From an uncultured Dehalococcoidia bacterium (GTDB lineage Bacteria; Chloroflexota; Dehalococcoidia; SZUA-161), in assembly GCA_964353645.1 (NCBI GenBank), contig CAYGWR010000001.1, forward strand, positions 7,091-71,090: a DNA stretch of 64,000 bases, written 5' to 3'. The translations under genes and the position numbers were made by a program. Shown here piece after piece: positions 1 to 9,236 of this stretch (the first letter of the stretch is position 1; every line of letters starts with the position of its first letter). Below the pieces are notes generated by a model. That model was not told the DNA's origin and did not search any database. It worked only from the letters and a program-made list of their open reading frames with translations.

Positions 1-2
1 AT

Positions 3-494
3 ATGATGGTAATTGAATTCGCGCGCCACGTGCTGAAGTCAGTTGAGCCTAATTCCACAGAATTCGATAAGGATACTCCTCATCCTGTTATCGACCTCCT
101 ACTCAATCAGCGGGACGTAAAGGCAAAGGGAGGCACGATGCGTTTGGGGCTCTATCCCTGTCAGTTGGTGCCTGGCACTCAGGCTGCTGCTGCCTATGAC
201 TCGTCCCTGGTCTACGAACGGCATCGTCACCGCTTTGAGTTCAATAATAAGTACAGAGAGGTTTTGGGCAAGGCTGGCCTTATTGCCAGTGGCATTTCGC
301 CTGATGGCAGGTTGGTTGAGATAGTCGAGCTCGCAGGGCATCCCTGGATGGTGGGGACGCAGTTTCACCCAGAGTTTACCTCTCGCCCCAACCGCTCCCA
401 CCCTCTCTTTCGCGACTTCATTGGAGCAGCTAAAATGACTTTGAAGTTGGGCGATCAGCGTCCTTTACCGTTGGAACCCACAGTGAACAATTGA
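3..494 (+). CDS. pyrG: CTP synthase, C-terminal glutamine amidotransferase part (5' end truncated by window edge)
   Basis: The translation contains [25 protein letters not shown], which is typical of the class-I GATase domain of CTP synthases. The ORF runs in from the window start. Confidence 0.85.
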   Translation: MMVIEFARHVLKSVEPNSTEFDKDTPHPVIDLLLNQRDVKAKGGTMRLGLYPCQLVPGTQAAAAYDSSLVYERHRHRFEFNNKYREVLGKAGLIASGISPDGRLVEIVELAGHPWMVGTQFHPEFTSRPNRSHPLFRDFIGAAKMTLKLGDQRPLPLEPTVNN

Positions 495-558
495 CTTGTT
501 GTATATACAAAGTTGTATAGACAAAATCGTTAACTTATGCTATAGTCAAGAGGACTAG

Positions 559-1215
559 ATGCGAATTTTCCTGGATACCGCCAATATCGATGAGATTCGC
601 CAGGCAGCAAAGTTAGGCGTGGTCAGCGGAGTCACTACTAATCCATCTCTGGTGGCCAAGGAAAAGCGGGCGGATATGAAGGCGGTTATCCGGGAGATCT
701 CCTCCATAGTCGATGGCCCCATCAGCGCTGAAGTACTCAGCCTGGAGCCACAGGCTATGATCCGAGAAGCAAGAGAAGTCTCCTCTTGGTCGCCTAATGT
801 AGTGGTCAAGATCCCGATGTCGGCGAGCGGTTTGGAAGCTATCTCGGTTCTTTCCAAAGAGGGGATTCGAACCAACTTAACGCTTTGTTTTTCTCTTAAT
901 CAGGCAATATTAGGCGCGATTGTGGGGGCAACCTACGTCAGCGCGTTCGTGGGCAGGCTTGACGATGCCGGCCATGATGGAATGCAGCTTGTTGCTGAGA
1001 TCGTAGAGGTATTCGATCACTATAAAGAGAGACTGAAGACTCAAGTGATCGTTGCCAGCATACGTCACCCCCTGCATGTTGTTGCTGCTGCTAAAGCAGG
1101 GGCTCATATAGCGACTGTACCTTACAATGTACTTATGCAGATGGTCAAACACCCGCTAACTGATATTGGCATATCCCGCTTTGCTGAGGATTGGCAACGC
1201 ATCTCAAAGGCATAG
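559..1215 (+). CDS. tal: transaldolase / fructose-6-phosphate aldolase family (short ~218 aa form)
   Basis: The N-terminus is [13 protein letters not shown]...GVTTNPSL, the hallmark of short transaldolase/Fsa proteins. It is preceded by an AT-rich leader. Confidence 0.8.
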   Translation: MRIFLDTANIDEIRQAAKLGVVSGVTTNPSLVAKEKRADMKAVIREISSIVDGPISAEVLSLEPQAMIREAREVSSWSPNVVVKIPMSASGLEAISVLSKEGIRTNLTLCFSLNQAILGAIVGATYVSAFVGRLDDAGHDGMQLVAEIVEVFDHYKERLKTQVIVASIRHPLHVVAAAKAGAHIATVPYNVLMQMVKHPLTDIGISRFAEDWQRISKA

Positions 1216-1291
1216 GGCTACAATCCACAACTATGGCACTGAGGCAAGCACCTTTTATAGATTCTGTTCAATCTAATTATGGAGTAGGACC

Positions 1292-2554
1292 ATGAATATC
1301 ACTGAACTAGAAGTCAAGACCAAAGATGAACTTATGACCATGGCCAAGGAGCTCGGCATAACTGGCATCAGCGCTCTGAAGAAGGAGGACATTGTATTAC
1401 GGCTACTTCAGGCAAATGCCGAGCAGCACGGTTACTCCTTCAGAGGAGGCATCCTCGAGATTATGAATGAGGGCTACGGGTTTCTGCGCCAAGCTGATCT
1501 CCATCCCAATGCCAACGACATCTATGTATCCCAGTCCCAGATTCGTCGCTTTGCTCTTCGGACCGGAGATATCGTCAGCGGTCAGGTGAGGGCTCCCAAG
1601 GACGGTGAAAAATATCATAGCCTGCTTCGTGTAGAGACAGTCAACAATATGGATCCTGAGGCGACTAAAGATCGTCCATTATTCGAGCATAAGACGCCTA
1701 TCTTTCCCAATAAGCTGATTAACCTTGAGACTACTTCCAACAATCTATCGCAAAGGCTCATCAATCTTATAGCTCCCATTGGTCGTGGTCAGCGAGGACT
1801 TATCGTTTCTCCGCCAAAGGCTGGAAAGACCATGTTGTTGAAGCATATCGCCAATGGCATCATTGCTAACTACAACGATATACATCTTATGATCTGCCTT
1901 ATTGGGGAGCGGCCTGAGGAAGTTACTGACTGGAAGAGGTCAGTTAAGGCGGAAGTGATTGCTTCCACCTTCGACGAGCCTGTTGAGGAACATACCAGGG
2001 TGGCTGAAGTGGCACTGGATCGCGCCAAAAGGTTAGTTGAATTGGGCATGGATGTGGTCATCCTGCTCGATAGCATCACTAGACTAACTCGTGCCTATAA
2101 CCTGGAGATGCCATCAAGCGGACGCACGCTTTCCGGAGGAGTTGACCCGGCTGCCCTCTATTCTCCCAAAAGGTTCTTCGGTGCAGCCAGGAACACAGAG
2201 GAGGGGGGAAGCCTGACTGTCATAGCTACCTGCCTTATCGATACTGGCAGCAGGATGGATGACGTGATATATGAGGAATTCAAGGGTACTGGTAATATGG
2301 AGCTTCATCTCGAGCGCAAGCTCGCTGAGCGCAGGATTTTCCCTGCTATAGACATCCAGCGCAGTGGTACCAGGCGTGAGGAATTGCTTCTCGATGAGAA
2401 TACCTTGAAGCAGGTCTGGGTAGTACGTAGGATGATTACTCTTATGAACACTAACTCACCGAACTCTACTGAAGCTACTGAGCGCGTGCTGGAGAGATTA
2501 TCCAAGACCTCTACAAACGCTGAGTTTCTCGCTACTCTCACTAAAGAGTTTTAA
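1292..2554 (+). CDS. rho: transcription termination factor Rho
   Basis: The protein is 420 aa. It has an N-terminal RNA-binding region and an ATPase core with [15 protein letters not shown] (Walker A), and it carries the [18 protein letters not shown] motif. Confidence 0.9.
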   Translation: MNITELEVKTKDELMTMAKELGITGISALKKEDIVLRLLQANAEQHGYSFRGGILEIMNEGYGFLRQADLHPNANDIYVSQSQIRRFALRTGDIVSGQVRAPKDGEKYHSLLRVETVNNMDPEATKDRPLFEHKTPIFPNKLINLETTSNNLSQRLINLIAPIGRGQRGLIVSPPKAGKTMLLKHIANGIIANYNDIHLMICLIGERPEEVTDWKRSVKAEVIASTFDEPVEEHTRVAEVALDRAKRLVELGMDVVILLDSITRLTRAYNLEMPSSGRTLSGGVDPAALYSPKRFFGAARNTEEGGSLTVIATCLIDTGSRMDDVIYEEFKGTGNMELHLERKLAERRIFPAIDIQRSGTRREELLLDENTLKQVWVVRRMITLMNTNSPNSTEATERVLERLSKTSTNAEFLATLTKEF

Positions 2555-2624
2555 TCTTCCCCTGTAAAGCAAGGCTCATCGTTGTTACCGCTTTACTTCG
2601 CTGCTATAATAGGAGCGATTTGCC

Positions 2625-3737
2625 ATGAATTATCAGCGCATTGTGGTTAAATTAGGTACCAATCTACTGACTGCTGGGAGCGATCGCCTTAGCCTTGAGA
2701 CCATGGCTTCCTTGGTGGGACAGATATCTAGGCTTCATAAGGAAGGCTTGGCCATAATTGTTGTTACCTCAGGAGCGATCGCTGCCGGTAGACATCGCCT
2801 GGGGATTACTGAAGGGCACAAGGAAATCACCTCCAGGCAGGTTTTGGCCGCAGTGGGGCAGAGTCGGCTTATGGATGCCTATGATCAGCTCTTCGGTTGG
2901 CATGAGATAACTATCGCACAGACGTTGCTTACAAGGGCTGACCTCTCAGACCGTCTCAGATACCTCAACGCCCGTAACACTTTGACGGCGCTTCTGGAAC
3001 TTCGCGTGATACCCATAATCAACGAGAACGATGTTGTTGCAGTGGAGGAAATCCAGGAAACCGTATTCGGTGACAACGATAATCTGTCTGCTATGGTAGC
3101 TAATCTTGTTGATGCCGACCTTTTGATGTTGCTTACTGATACCGCTGGCCTTTACACTGCTGATCCCCATCGGGATTCTAATGCCAAGCTTATCGAACGG
3201 GTTGATAAGATAGATGCTTCCATCGAGAGCCTGGCAGGTGGAAGCTCGAGTGGGAGGGGCACTGGTGGCATGGCTACAAAGATAGAGGCAGCGAAGCTGG
3301 CTATTGCCTCGGGGGTGGCGGTGGTCATTGCTAACGGGCGAGAGCATGATGTCATTGTCAGATTGGCTAAGGGTGAGGCTATTGGCACTTTCTTTCAGCC
3401 GGTTGCGTCCAGGCTAGAAAGTCGCAAACGCTGGCTGCTGAGCCAGCTCTCTAAAGGGAAGATTTACGTTGATGCAGGAGCAGCGACAGCTTTGAGAAAG
3501 CAGAACAAGAGTCTGCTCCCTGCAGGTGTTACCAAGGTTAGCGGTGAGTTCGAGAGAGGGGATGTGGTAAATATATTTGATAGTAAGACTGGTGAAAAAA
3601 TAGCCTGTGGCATCTCCAACTACAGCTCAAGTGATATCGCTGTTATTAAAGGGGCTCGTTCGGATAGAATCACTGAGCTTTTAGGTTGCGAATATGGGGC
3701 TGAGTTGGTACACCGCGATAATCTGGTGGCGCTTTAG
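2625..3737 (+). CDS. proB: glutamate 5-kinase with C-terminal PUA domain
   Basis: It has the amino-acid kinase fold motifs (VVKLGTN, GGMATKIEAAKLA) and a PUA-like C-terminus. It lies directly upstream of proA. Confidence 0.9.
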   Translation: MNYQRIVVKLGTNLLTAGSDRLSLETMASLVGQISRLHKEGLAIIVVTSGAIAAGRHRLGITEGHKEITSRQVLAAVGQSRLMDAYDQLFGWHEITIAQTLLTRADLSDRLRYLNARNTLTALLELRVIPIINENDVVAVEEIQETVFGDNDNLSAMVANLVDADLLMLLTDTAGLYTADPHRDSNAKLIERVDKIDASIESLAGGSSSGRGTGGMATKIEAAKLAIASGVAVVIANGREHDVIVRLAKGEAIGTFFQPVASRLESRKRWLLSQLSKGKIYVDAGAATALRKQNKSLLPAGVTKVSGEFERGDVVNIFDSKTGEKIACGISNYSSSDIAVIKGARSDRITELLGCEYGAELVHRDNLVAL

Positions 3738-3755
3738 TTCTAAAAGGAAGAGATC

Positions 3756-5030
3756 ATGCAATCCGCTACGAATGAGGTTGAAATTAAGGCTAAAGCGGCG
3801 AAAGCCGCCTCTAAGAAGCTTGCATATCTGAGCACTGCGGTCAAGAACAAGGCCTTGCTTGCTATCGCTGATGAGCTTATGGCCAAAGAGAAGGATATTC
3901 TGGCTGCCAACCGCCTGGACTATGCTGAGGGTGAGAAGGCAGGTATGAGCACCGCTATGCTTGACCGCTTGCTGCTGAACGCTGAGCGGATTAAGGGTAT
4001 AGCAGGCGATGTGCGCACTGTTGCTGCATTACCTGACCCGGTGGGGGAGACTTTCGAGATGCGTACCCTACCCAATGGACTTCAGGTTGGCAAAAAACGT
4101 GTTCCTCTGGGAGTGATCGGGGCTGTCTATGAGAGCCGACCCAATGTTACTGTAGATATCTCTGTCCTCTGTCTTAAGTCAGGGAATGCTATCATTCTGC
4201 GCGGCGGCAAGGAGGCTGTACACTCCAATTCGGTTCTGGCAAAAATAATACAGGGTGCCGCATATCGTGCCGGGGTTCCCGAGGGAGCGGTGCAGTGCAT
4301 CGAATCAACTGATCGCGCCCTGGTAGGACAAATGCTAAAAATGAGGGATTACATTGACTTGGTGATCCCTCGCGGTGGGGCTGATTTGATTAATTATGTG
4401 GCTCAAAATGCCGCCATGCCTGTGGTTACGGGGGGGATCGGCGTCTGTCACACTTACGTTGATAGGAGTGCAAACCTCGAAAAAGCAGTAGCCATCGTCT
4501 ATAATGCTAAGGTGCAGAGACCTACTGTCTGTAACGCATTGGATGCTATACTGGTTCACGCTGAGGTAGCGAAGAGCTACCTGCCGATGGTTGCCAAGGA
4601 ATTGGCCAGGGCCAATGTGGAGTTGCGCTGCGATGAGCGAGCTCTGAAAATCCTTAAACCTTTGACCTCGATCAAGGCGGTTCCCGCTACTGAGAAGGAC
4701 TGGGGCAAAGAGTTCCTGGCTCTGGTTGCCGCTGTAAAGGTGGTAGATTCCCTGGAGGAGGCATTAGAGCATATCGAGCGTTATGGCTCGGGGCATTCCG
4801 AGGCCATTGTGACCGAGGATTATTCAGCAGCGATGAAGTTCTTGGATGAGGTGGATGCAGCTTGCGTCTATGTCAATGCTAGTACTCGCTTCACAGATGG
4901 CGGCCAATTTGGGCTGGGTGCGGAGGTGGGAATAAGCACACAGAAGTTCCATGCCCGGGGCCCAATGGGCCTTAAGGAACTCACTACCTATAAATGGATA
5001 GTGCTGGGCAGCGGACAAGTTCGTCCATAA
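3756..5030 (+). CDS. proA: gamma-glutamyl phosphate reductase
   Basis: It is a 424-aa aldehyde-dehydrogenase-fold protein in the canonical proBA arrangement. The motif VCNALDAILVH contains the catalytic-Cys region. Confidence 0.9.
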   Translation: MQSATNEVEIKAKAAKAASKKLAYLSTAVKNKALLAIADELMAKEKDILAANRLDYAEGEKAGMSTAMLDRLLLNAERIKGIAGDVRTVAALPDPVGETFEMRTLPNGLQVGKKRVPLGVIGAVYESRPNVTVDISVLCLKSGNAIILRGGKEAVHSNSVLAKIIQGAAYRAGVPEGAVQCIESTDRALVGQMLKMRDYIDLVIPRGGADLINYVAQNAAMPVVTGGIGVCHTYVDRSANLEKAVAIVYNAKVQRPTVCNALDAILVHAEVAKSYLPMVAKELARANVELRCDERALKILKPLTSIKAVPATEKDWGKEFLALVAAVKVVDSLEEALEHIERYGSGHSEAIVTEDYSAAMKFLDEVDAACVYVNASTRFTDGGQFGLGAEVGISTQKFHARGPMGLKELTTYKWIVLGSGQVRP

Positions 5031-5036
5031 GGAGGA

Positions 5037-5342
5037 TTGATAATGGCAGAGTATCGGTTTGAAAGAGAATGCCGCACTGCACACTCTGAGGCTTATCTCA
5101 TAGTTGCTAGTGACGAGCAAGTGGGCAAAGTGGATATTCATTTCACCCCTTCGATAGTCTACGCTACCCTGTGTATCGGGGAAAATATGACCCAAGATGA
5201 AATTCAAGACCTTATTGATACCATTGACGAAGATTTGGTGATGTCGGCTGACGTTGCCCGCGATGATTTCATCGTGACTGTGTATCAGGGGCGAGAAGTC
5301 GGCGTCTTCAGCGATGAGGAGTTTGAGGAAGAGGAAGAATAA
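5037..5342 (+). CDS. hypothetical small acidic protein (poly-Glu C-terminus)
   Basis: The ORF follows proA with a 6-nt gap. I recognised no motifs. Coding status rests on position alone. Confidence 0.35.
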   Translation: MIMAEYRFERECRTAHSEAYLIVASDEQVGKVDIHFTPSIVYATLCIGENMTQDEIQDLIDTIDEDLVMSADVARDDFIVTVYQGREVGVFSDEEFEEEEE

Positions 5343-5355
5343 GTCCCAGGTATGG

Positions 5356-6294
5356 TCAAGCTCGCTTCTTGAGGATTAGAGAGCGAACAGCGCTCTCTAT
5401 ATCGACTGCGGTTAGCCGGTGTCTTTTTAATAGCTCCTCAGCTTTTCCGGATTTGGCATAAATATCGTTTATGGCGATGAAGGACATAGGAACTGGCCGC
5501 TGTTCAGCTACAATCTGAGCCACAGCGCTGCCCAGTCCGCCCCGCCGCAAGTGCTCCTCTGCAGTGACAATGGCACCTGTCTCCATAGCTGCCTTTACGA
5601 TAGCATCTCTGTCCAGTGGCTTGAGTGTGGACATACTAAGCACCCGGCAGTCGATTCCATCTAGCGCTAGGTTTTGGGCTGCTCCCAGGGCGGAAGCCAC
5701 CATAATTCCGGTGGCAATCACAGTGATGTCCTTCCCTTCTCTCAAAGTTGCTGCTTTCCCCAGAGTAAACTTGTAGTCCGACGCATAGACCAGAGGCGTT
5801 TTGGGACGGCTAAGCCTTATGTAGAATGGTCCGTAGGTTTGAGCTGCTACCTTCACGGCCTGGGCTGCTTCTGTGGCATCAGCAGGGACAACCACGGTGA
5901 AATTCGGGAGGGGGCAAATCAAAGCCAGGTCTTCGATGGCATGATGAGAGGTGCCATCTTCCCCCACAGTGATCCCGCTATGGGTCGTCACGATTTTAAC
6001 GTTCAAGCCAGGCTGTGCAACGCTCATTCGAATTTGGTCGAAGCAGCGTCCGGGAGCAAACACTGCAAAAGTGCTGACAAACACTGTCTTGCCTGAAGCA
6101 GCTAGGCCAGCAGCAATTCCTATCATATTCTGTTCAGCGATGCCGCAGTTGAAAAATCGCTGGGGGAACTCTTTGGCAAAGAGGCTGGTCATTGTAGACT
6201 TTGATAGATCAGCATCAAGGACAACTATGTCAGGGTTCTGTCTGCCCAACTCAACGAGGGTTTTGCCGTAGGCTTCCCTGGTGCTCTGCTCCAT
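5356..6294 (-). CDS. transketolase, C-terminal (pyrimidine-binding/TKC) subunit of a split transketolase
   Basis: A 312-aa protein with the pyrimidine-binding and C-terminal transketolase domains. It abuts the N-terminal subunit gene with a 2-nt gap. Confidence 0.85.
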   Translation of the reverse strand: MEQSTREAYGKTLVELGRQNPDIVVLDADLSKSTMTSLFAKEFPQRFFNCGIAEQNMIGIAAGLAASGKTVFVSTFAVFAPGRCFDQIRMSVAQPGLNVKIVTTHSGITVGEDGTSHHAIEDLALICPLPNFTVVVPADATEAAQAVKVAAQTYGPFYIRLSRPKTPLVYASDYKFTLGKAATLREGKDITVIATGIMVASALGAAQNLALDGIDCRVLSMSTLKPLDRDAIVKAAMETGAIVTAEEHLRRGGLGSAVAQIVAEQRPVPMSFIAINDIYAKSGKAEELLKRHRLTAVDIESAVRSLILKKRA

Positions 6295-6296
6295 AA

Positions 6297-7220
6297 CTAC
6301 TTCAATTCCTCAAGAGCCTTTTCCATTTCATCAGGGGTAGGAGCCTTGCCGTGAAAATCTACATTGTTTTCCATGAAGCTGACCCCTTTGCCCTTGATGG
6401 TGTGAGCGATGATGGCGGTGGGCTTTCCCTTAACCCGCTTTGCCTCATCGAATGCGGCTATTAGCTGAGATAGGTCATGTCCATTGACCTCTATGGGGTG
6501 CCAACCGAATGCCTTCCACTTCTCAGGTAAGGGCTCAAGGTTCATCACATCGCGGTTCCAGCCATCGATTTGCAATTCATTATGGTCAACGATTGCAACA
6601 AGGTTGTCGAGTTTGAAGTGGGCTGATGCCATCGCTGCTTCCCAAACCTGACCCTCATCGCATTCCCCATCACCCAAAAGAACATATACTCGATAATCCC
6701 GGGCATTGAGGCGCCCAGCTAGCGCGATGCCGATGCCGAAGGAGAGGCCTTGCCCCAGTGAACCCGAGGACATCTCTACCCCTCGTGTGGCGGTCATGTC
6801 GCAATGCCCTTGCAGACAGCTACCCAGAGTCCTCAGAGTAGCAAGTTCCTCTCCAGGGAAATAGCCTCTTTCAGCAAGAGCTGCATAGAGGATGGGAGCA
6901 GCATGCCCTTTACTGAGGATAAATCTGTCGCGCTCTGCCCAGCGTGGGTTGGCTGGGTCGTGTCGCAGAACCTTGAAGTAAAGTGAGGTGATGATATCAG
7001 CAGCGGAAAGGGAGCCACCCGGGTGTCCGCTGCCTGCTTTGCCAATCATTGTAATAACATGACGGCGCAGCTTTTTCGCCGTTGCCGCCAGTTCTTCCAG
7101 GGACAATGAAGGAGCCAACGCCAACTCTTTGCGCGGGGAAGCAATAGCCTCGGCTTTAGTATCTGCCGAGGCTTCAGGATTTATTCGTTCTTTTTTAGCT
7201 CCTTGGCCGGACGGAGACAC
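6297..7220 (-). CDS. transketolase, N-terminal (ThDP-binding) subunit
   Basis: It carries the GHPGGSLS and GDGECDEGQVWEA thiamine-diphosphate binding motifs. It is 307 aa, matching the N-terminal half of a split Tkt. Confidence 0.85.
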   Translation of the reverse strand: MSPSGQGAKKERINPEASADTKAEAIASPRKELALAPSLSLEELAATAKKLRRHVITMIGKAGSGHPGGSLSAADIITSLYFKVLRHDPANPRWAERDRFILSKGHAAPILYAALAERGYFPGEELATLRTLGSCLQGHCDMTATRGVEMSSGSLGQGLSFGIGIALAGRLNARDYRVYVLLGDGECDEGQVWEAAMASAHFKLDNLVAIVDHNELQIDGWNRDVMNLEPLPEKWKAFGWHPIEVNGHDLSQLIAAFDEAKRVKGKPTAIIAHTIKGKGVSFMENNVDFHGKAPTPDEMEKALEELK

Positions 7221-7252
7221 TCGTACCTCCAGTAGGCAATTATATATTATCC

Positions 7253-8131
7253 TTGTCTCCTCGTCTATACCTTGTTATAATTCTGCTGATGATTGTGGAT
7301 TTTCATACCCATATCTTGCCACCCGGGTTGCGGGGGAATCGCGATCGCTATCTGGGGCGTGACACTTGTTTTGACCTTCTATACAACGACCCTAAAGCTA
7401 AAATCGCTACTGCCGAGGAACTCGTTGCTAACATGGATGGAGAGGGTATTGATGTATCGGTAGTGCTCAACATCGGCTGGTCGAGTCACGAGCTTTGTCG
7501 CGAAACCAATGACTATATTATGGAAGCGATAGCCCGTTATCCGAGAAGGCTGGTGGGCTTCTGCGCTGTGCAGCCCCTCGCTGGTGAGAAGGCTGTGGTT
7601 GAGCTTGAGCGTTGCGTCAGGGGTGGCGTTAAGGGGATCGGCGAGCTGAGATGCGACACGCAGGGGTTTGATTTTGCTGACAAGGATATTATGGGAGCAA
7701 TAGCTCAGGCTGCGATGAAGCATCGGCTGATTATACTTACCCATGCTTCTGAGCCGGTGGGACATTCCTATTCTGGTAAGGGGAATATAACTCCTGGTCT
7801 TCTCTATCGCTTCATAACCAATTTCCCTGATTTGACCTTGGTGTGTGCCCACTGGGGTGGAGGATTGCCCTTTTACGCTTTGATGCCAGAGGTCGCTAAA
7901 GCATTATCCAATGTCTATTTTGATACGGCTGCCTCACCCTGGCTTTACCGAGACGAGATATTCAAGCATGTTACGGAGATTTTGGGGGCAGAGAAGGTGC
8001 TTTATGGCAGCGACTACCCGCTTATGAAACAAAGCAAGCTTGTTAAATCGATCCGAGCACTCAGCCTTTCTGAAGAGGCCAAAAGCATGATCTTGGGAGG
8101 AAATGCTCAAAGACTATTGTCTTTAAGTTGA
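7253..8131 (+). CDS. amidohydrolase-2 family metal-dependent hydrolase (TIM barrel)
   Basis: The N-terminal VDFHTHILPP motif and His residues distributed along the sequence are typical of the ACMSD/amidohydrolase_2 superfamily. Confidence 0.7.
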   Translation: MSPRLYLVIILLMIVDFHTHILPPGLRGNRDRYLGRDTCFDLLYNDPKAKIATAEELVANMDGEGIDVSVVLNIGWSSHELCRETNDYIMEAIARYPRRLVGFCAVQPLAGEKAVVELERCVRGGVKGIGELRCDTQGFDFADKDIMGAIAQAAMKHRLIILTHASEPVGHSYSGKGNITPGLLYRFITNFPDLTLVCAHWGGGLPFYALMPEVAKALSNVYFDTAASPWLYRDEIFKHVTEILGAEKVLYGSDYPLMKQSKLVKSIRALSLSEEAKSMILGGNAQRLLSLS

Positions 8132-8724
8132 GCTTTGTCATGGAACCTATACGCGCATTCATTGCCATCGAATTGCCCAGTCAGATTAAGGCAACCCTTT
8201 CTCAATTTCAGGATAACCTCAGAACAAGCAAAAACGCTTCGGTGAAATGGGTTGGCCCTGAAGGCATTCATCTCACCCTCAAGTTCCTGGGCAACGTCGA
8301 TGAGGCTGAAATACCGGCGCTAACTAAGGCGCTCTCTGAAGCTGTCAGAGGGGTTGCTACTTTTTGCCTTGAACTGGGTAATCCTGGTGCTTTTCCTAAT
8401 CCCCAAGCCCCCAGGGTAGTCTGGGTTGGTGTGGGGGGAGAGATAGAGCTGCTACGTGCTTTACATAACAATATAGACCTTGTTCTTACTCCTCTGGGGT
8501 TTCCCCCGGAAAAGCGGGCTTTCTCGCCTCATCTCACTTTGGGGAGGGTTCGGGAGGAGGCTTCACCTGGAGAGAGGCGGCGTTTAGGGGAGAATATTGC
8601 TTCGCTGAAGACGGAGGCGAAGTTATCCTTCAAGGTTGAGTCCCTCAGCCTGATGAGGAGTAAATTAACCAGGGAGGGTGCGTTATATAGCCGTCTCGCT
8701 TCCTTTGCATTATGTGGTAGTTAA
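8128..8724 (+). CDS. thpR: RNA 2',3'-cyclic phosphodiesterase (2H / LigT family)
   Basis: It has two H-x-T-x motifs (HLTLKFLG and HLTLGR) about 85 aa apart and is 198 aa long. Its start overlaps the upstream gene by 4 nt. Confidence 0.8.
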   Translation: MSFVMEPIRAFIAIELPSQIKATLSQFQDNLRTSKNASVKWVGPEGIHLTLKFLGNVDEAEIPALTKALSEAVRGVATFCLELGNPGAFPNPQAPRVVWVGVGGEIELLRALHNNIDLVLTPLGFPPEKRAFSPHLTLGRVREEASPGERRRLGENIASLKTEAKLSFKVESLSLMRSKLTREGALYSRLASFALCGS

Positions 8725-8772
8725 GCTAGTGGTGCAACTGCATTAGTCCCGGGCTTCATGCTAATACTAGGA

Positions 8773-9171
8773 TCAAGGAACCTCTGTTTGCACAGTCGGC
8801 GTCCAATCTCCACCCTTCCACTTGAGGGGGAACACCAGCTTTACAGTCTGCGCTGATCCTGACGTCAGGTAGACAGGCATCTCGTTCTTCTGGGTCTGTC
8901 CAGCTTGAGTGATGCTTGCGACCACGATCACGACACCATCGGCGCCCTCATTTCTAGCGGTGATATTGAGGATGGCGTAGTAGTTTTCGAACATGCCAGC
9001 GGTGGTGGCGTTCACTAACAACACTGTTGGTCTTGGTTTGCTGATATCAGATGCTGGTACAGAAGTAGGTTGTGGGTTTGTGTTAGCGCTGCCACCGCCG
9101 CCGCAAGCAGAAGCCATAACGGCTGCGATTGCTATCAGTATGAGAACTCCTGCTAACTTCGTACATTTCAT
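8773..9171 (-). CDS. small secreted lipoprotein, unknown function
   Basis: Its signal peptide ends in the lipobox ASAC, followed by a Gly/Ser-rich linker. The start was chosen at MKCTK, which lies inside the longer ORF 8773..9207. Confidence 0.5.
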   Translation of the reverse strand: MKCTKLAGVLILIAIAAVMASACGGGGSANTNPQPTSVPASDISKPRPTVLLVNATTAGMFENYYAILNITARNEGADGVVIVVASITQAGQTQKNEMPVYLTSGSAQTVKLVFPLKWKGGDWTPTVQTEVP

Positions 9172-9236
9172 AGTGGCTTCCCTCCGCTCGATGCTATCCT
9201 TTAGCAATCATCTTCGGTTTGGCACCTGTCTCACTA

